Shown here in pieces: positions 63,248 through 64,000 of a stretch of DNA of 64,000 nucleotides. Numbering within the stretch: the first letter of the stretch is position 1; every line of letters begins with the position of its first letter. The notes below the pieces were generated by a model that saw only the letters and a program-made list of their open reading frames with translations, made no database searches and was not told the origin of the DNA. The stretch is taken from IMG/VR virus record IMGVR_UViG_3300023199_000051, positions 64,001 through 128,000 of that record; one strand, given 5' to 3'. The translations under genes and the position numbers were made by a program. The stretch is from a virus.

Positions 63248-63886
63248 ATGCCCATCAAGTACACAATCGACATCAGCGATACCCCAGCTGGTACCTACAC
63301 CTTCGTCAAGGAAGCCATCGAAGACGCTGTCGAAGGCGACGACCCCTGGGACTACGACAAGCCCACCTTCACGGTGAAGGGCGCCACGGCCGAGCAGGCG
63401 GAAGCCATCGCAGACGTCATCGCGAGCTTCGATCTGAAGGGCGAGGCCGTGCATCTGACCGTCGAAGCGGAGGGTGATGAGGATGGAGACGGAGAGATCG
63501 TCCTGGTCGACGGCGACGGTGACGAAGTCGAGCCGCTGGCCATCGAGGAAGCAAGCGGTGATGACTCCGACTCCGAGCCCGACTCCGACTCCGAGCCCGA
63601 CTCCGACTCCGAGCCCGACTCCGACTCCGACTCCGACACCAGCGACTCCGGGTCCGACACCATCGCCGTGCCCAGCGACGTCTACCACCGCATCCTGTCC
63701 GCGCAGCGTCGTCGGCCTGCCCCGCAGCGGTTCGTGGTGGGCGACACCGCGCTGCAGATCAACGAGGCCTCCGGTCGTGGCCAGTTCGCTGCCATCCAGC
63801 TGCGTCCCGAGTACGTCTACTTCGGCGCCGGCACCTACACCGAGGCGGTGGATCTCCTGATCGAGGCTGTCCACGAAGCCAGATGA
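63248..63886 (+). CDS. Acidic protein with DSDSEP repeats
   Basis: GGAGACACCAC-ATG; 18-bp tandem repeat at 63563-63616 plus GACTCC units to 63637. Confidence 0.8.
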   Translation: MPIKYTIDISDTPAGTYTFVKEAIEDAVEGDDPWDYDKPTFTVKGATAEQAEAIADVIASFDLKGEAVHLTVEAEGDEDGDGEIVLVDGDGDEVEPLAIEEASGDDSDSEPDSDSEPDSDSEPDSDSDSDTSDSGSDTIAVPSDVYHRILSAQRRRPAPQRFVVGDTALQINEASGRGQFAAIQLRPEYVYFGAGTYTEAVDLLIEAVHEAR

Positions 63887-64000
63887 CCCTTCTGGGCGCG
63901 GTGTGTGAGTAGCGTTGATCCCCATTCCGTGAAAGCGCACCGCGTCCACTCCACCTGAACACCCACTGTGATCGGACACCTGCGACATGAGCGACTACAT

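Noticed and set aside
1-64000. Tailed-phage hallmarks (terminase, portal, HK97 capsid, tape measure) and an FtsK-type packaging ATPase
   Set aside because: No recognisable motifs for either; they may lie outside the window, so virus class remains an inference

Overview
GC-rich viral (bacteriophage-like) DNA with no rRNA and no housekeeping genes. Three blocks are visible. (1) About 1-41.9 kb, mostly minus strand: a >2372-aa NUDIX-containing giant ORF missing from the ORF track because it runs off the window; a plus-strand GHKL-ATPase/HExxH island; an HNH nuclease; an array of 25 canonical plus 2 atypical CCA-encoding tRNAs with two related promoter-leader-hairpin cassettes; small membrane/lysis-like genes; a 2517-aa DarB-like methyltransferase-SNF2 helicase with a LAGLIDADG intein; and a putative virion module (two paralogous histone-H1-like proteins, several acidic/basic and membrane proteins, a transglutaminase-fold Cys protease, a likely single-jelly-roll capsid protein). 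(2) About 41.96-42.6 kb: a repeat-rich non-coding switch region, candidate origin. (3) About 42.7-64 kb, mostly plus strand: replication and accessory genes (truncated tyrosine-recombinase-like protein, spike-like proteins, DUF3987, SNF2 helicase with an HNH intein, free-standing NrdJ-type Zn ribbon, MopE-repeat lipoprotein suggesting a myxobacterial host, DUF4326, SLOG, RecD-like helicase). No terminase, portal, HK97 capsid or tail sheath was recognised. Leading hypothesis (inference): a large tailless, membrane-containing jelly-roll phage that matures adenovirus/poxvirus-style by protease cleavage after a recurrent acidic-x-[V/I/L/S/A]-G motif, releasing basic DNA-condensing core proteins and loading giant cargo enzymes through a shared N-terminal leader. 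All family calls are by-eye motif recognition; no database search was run.
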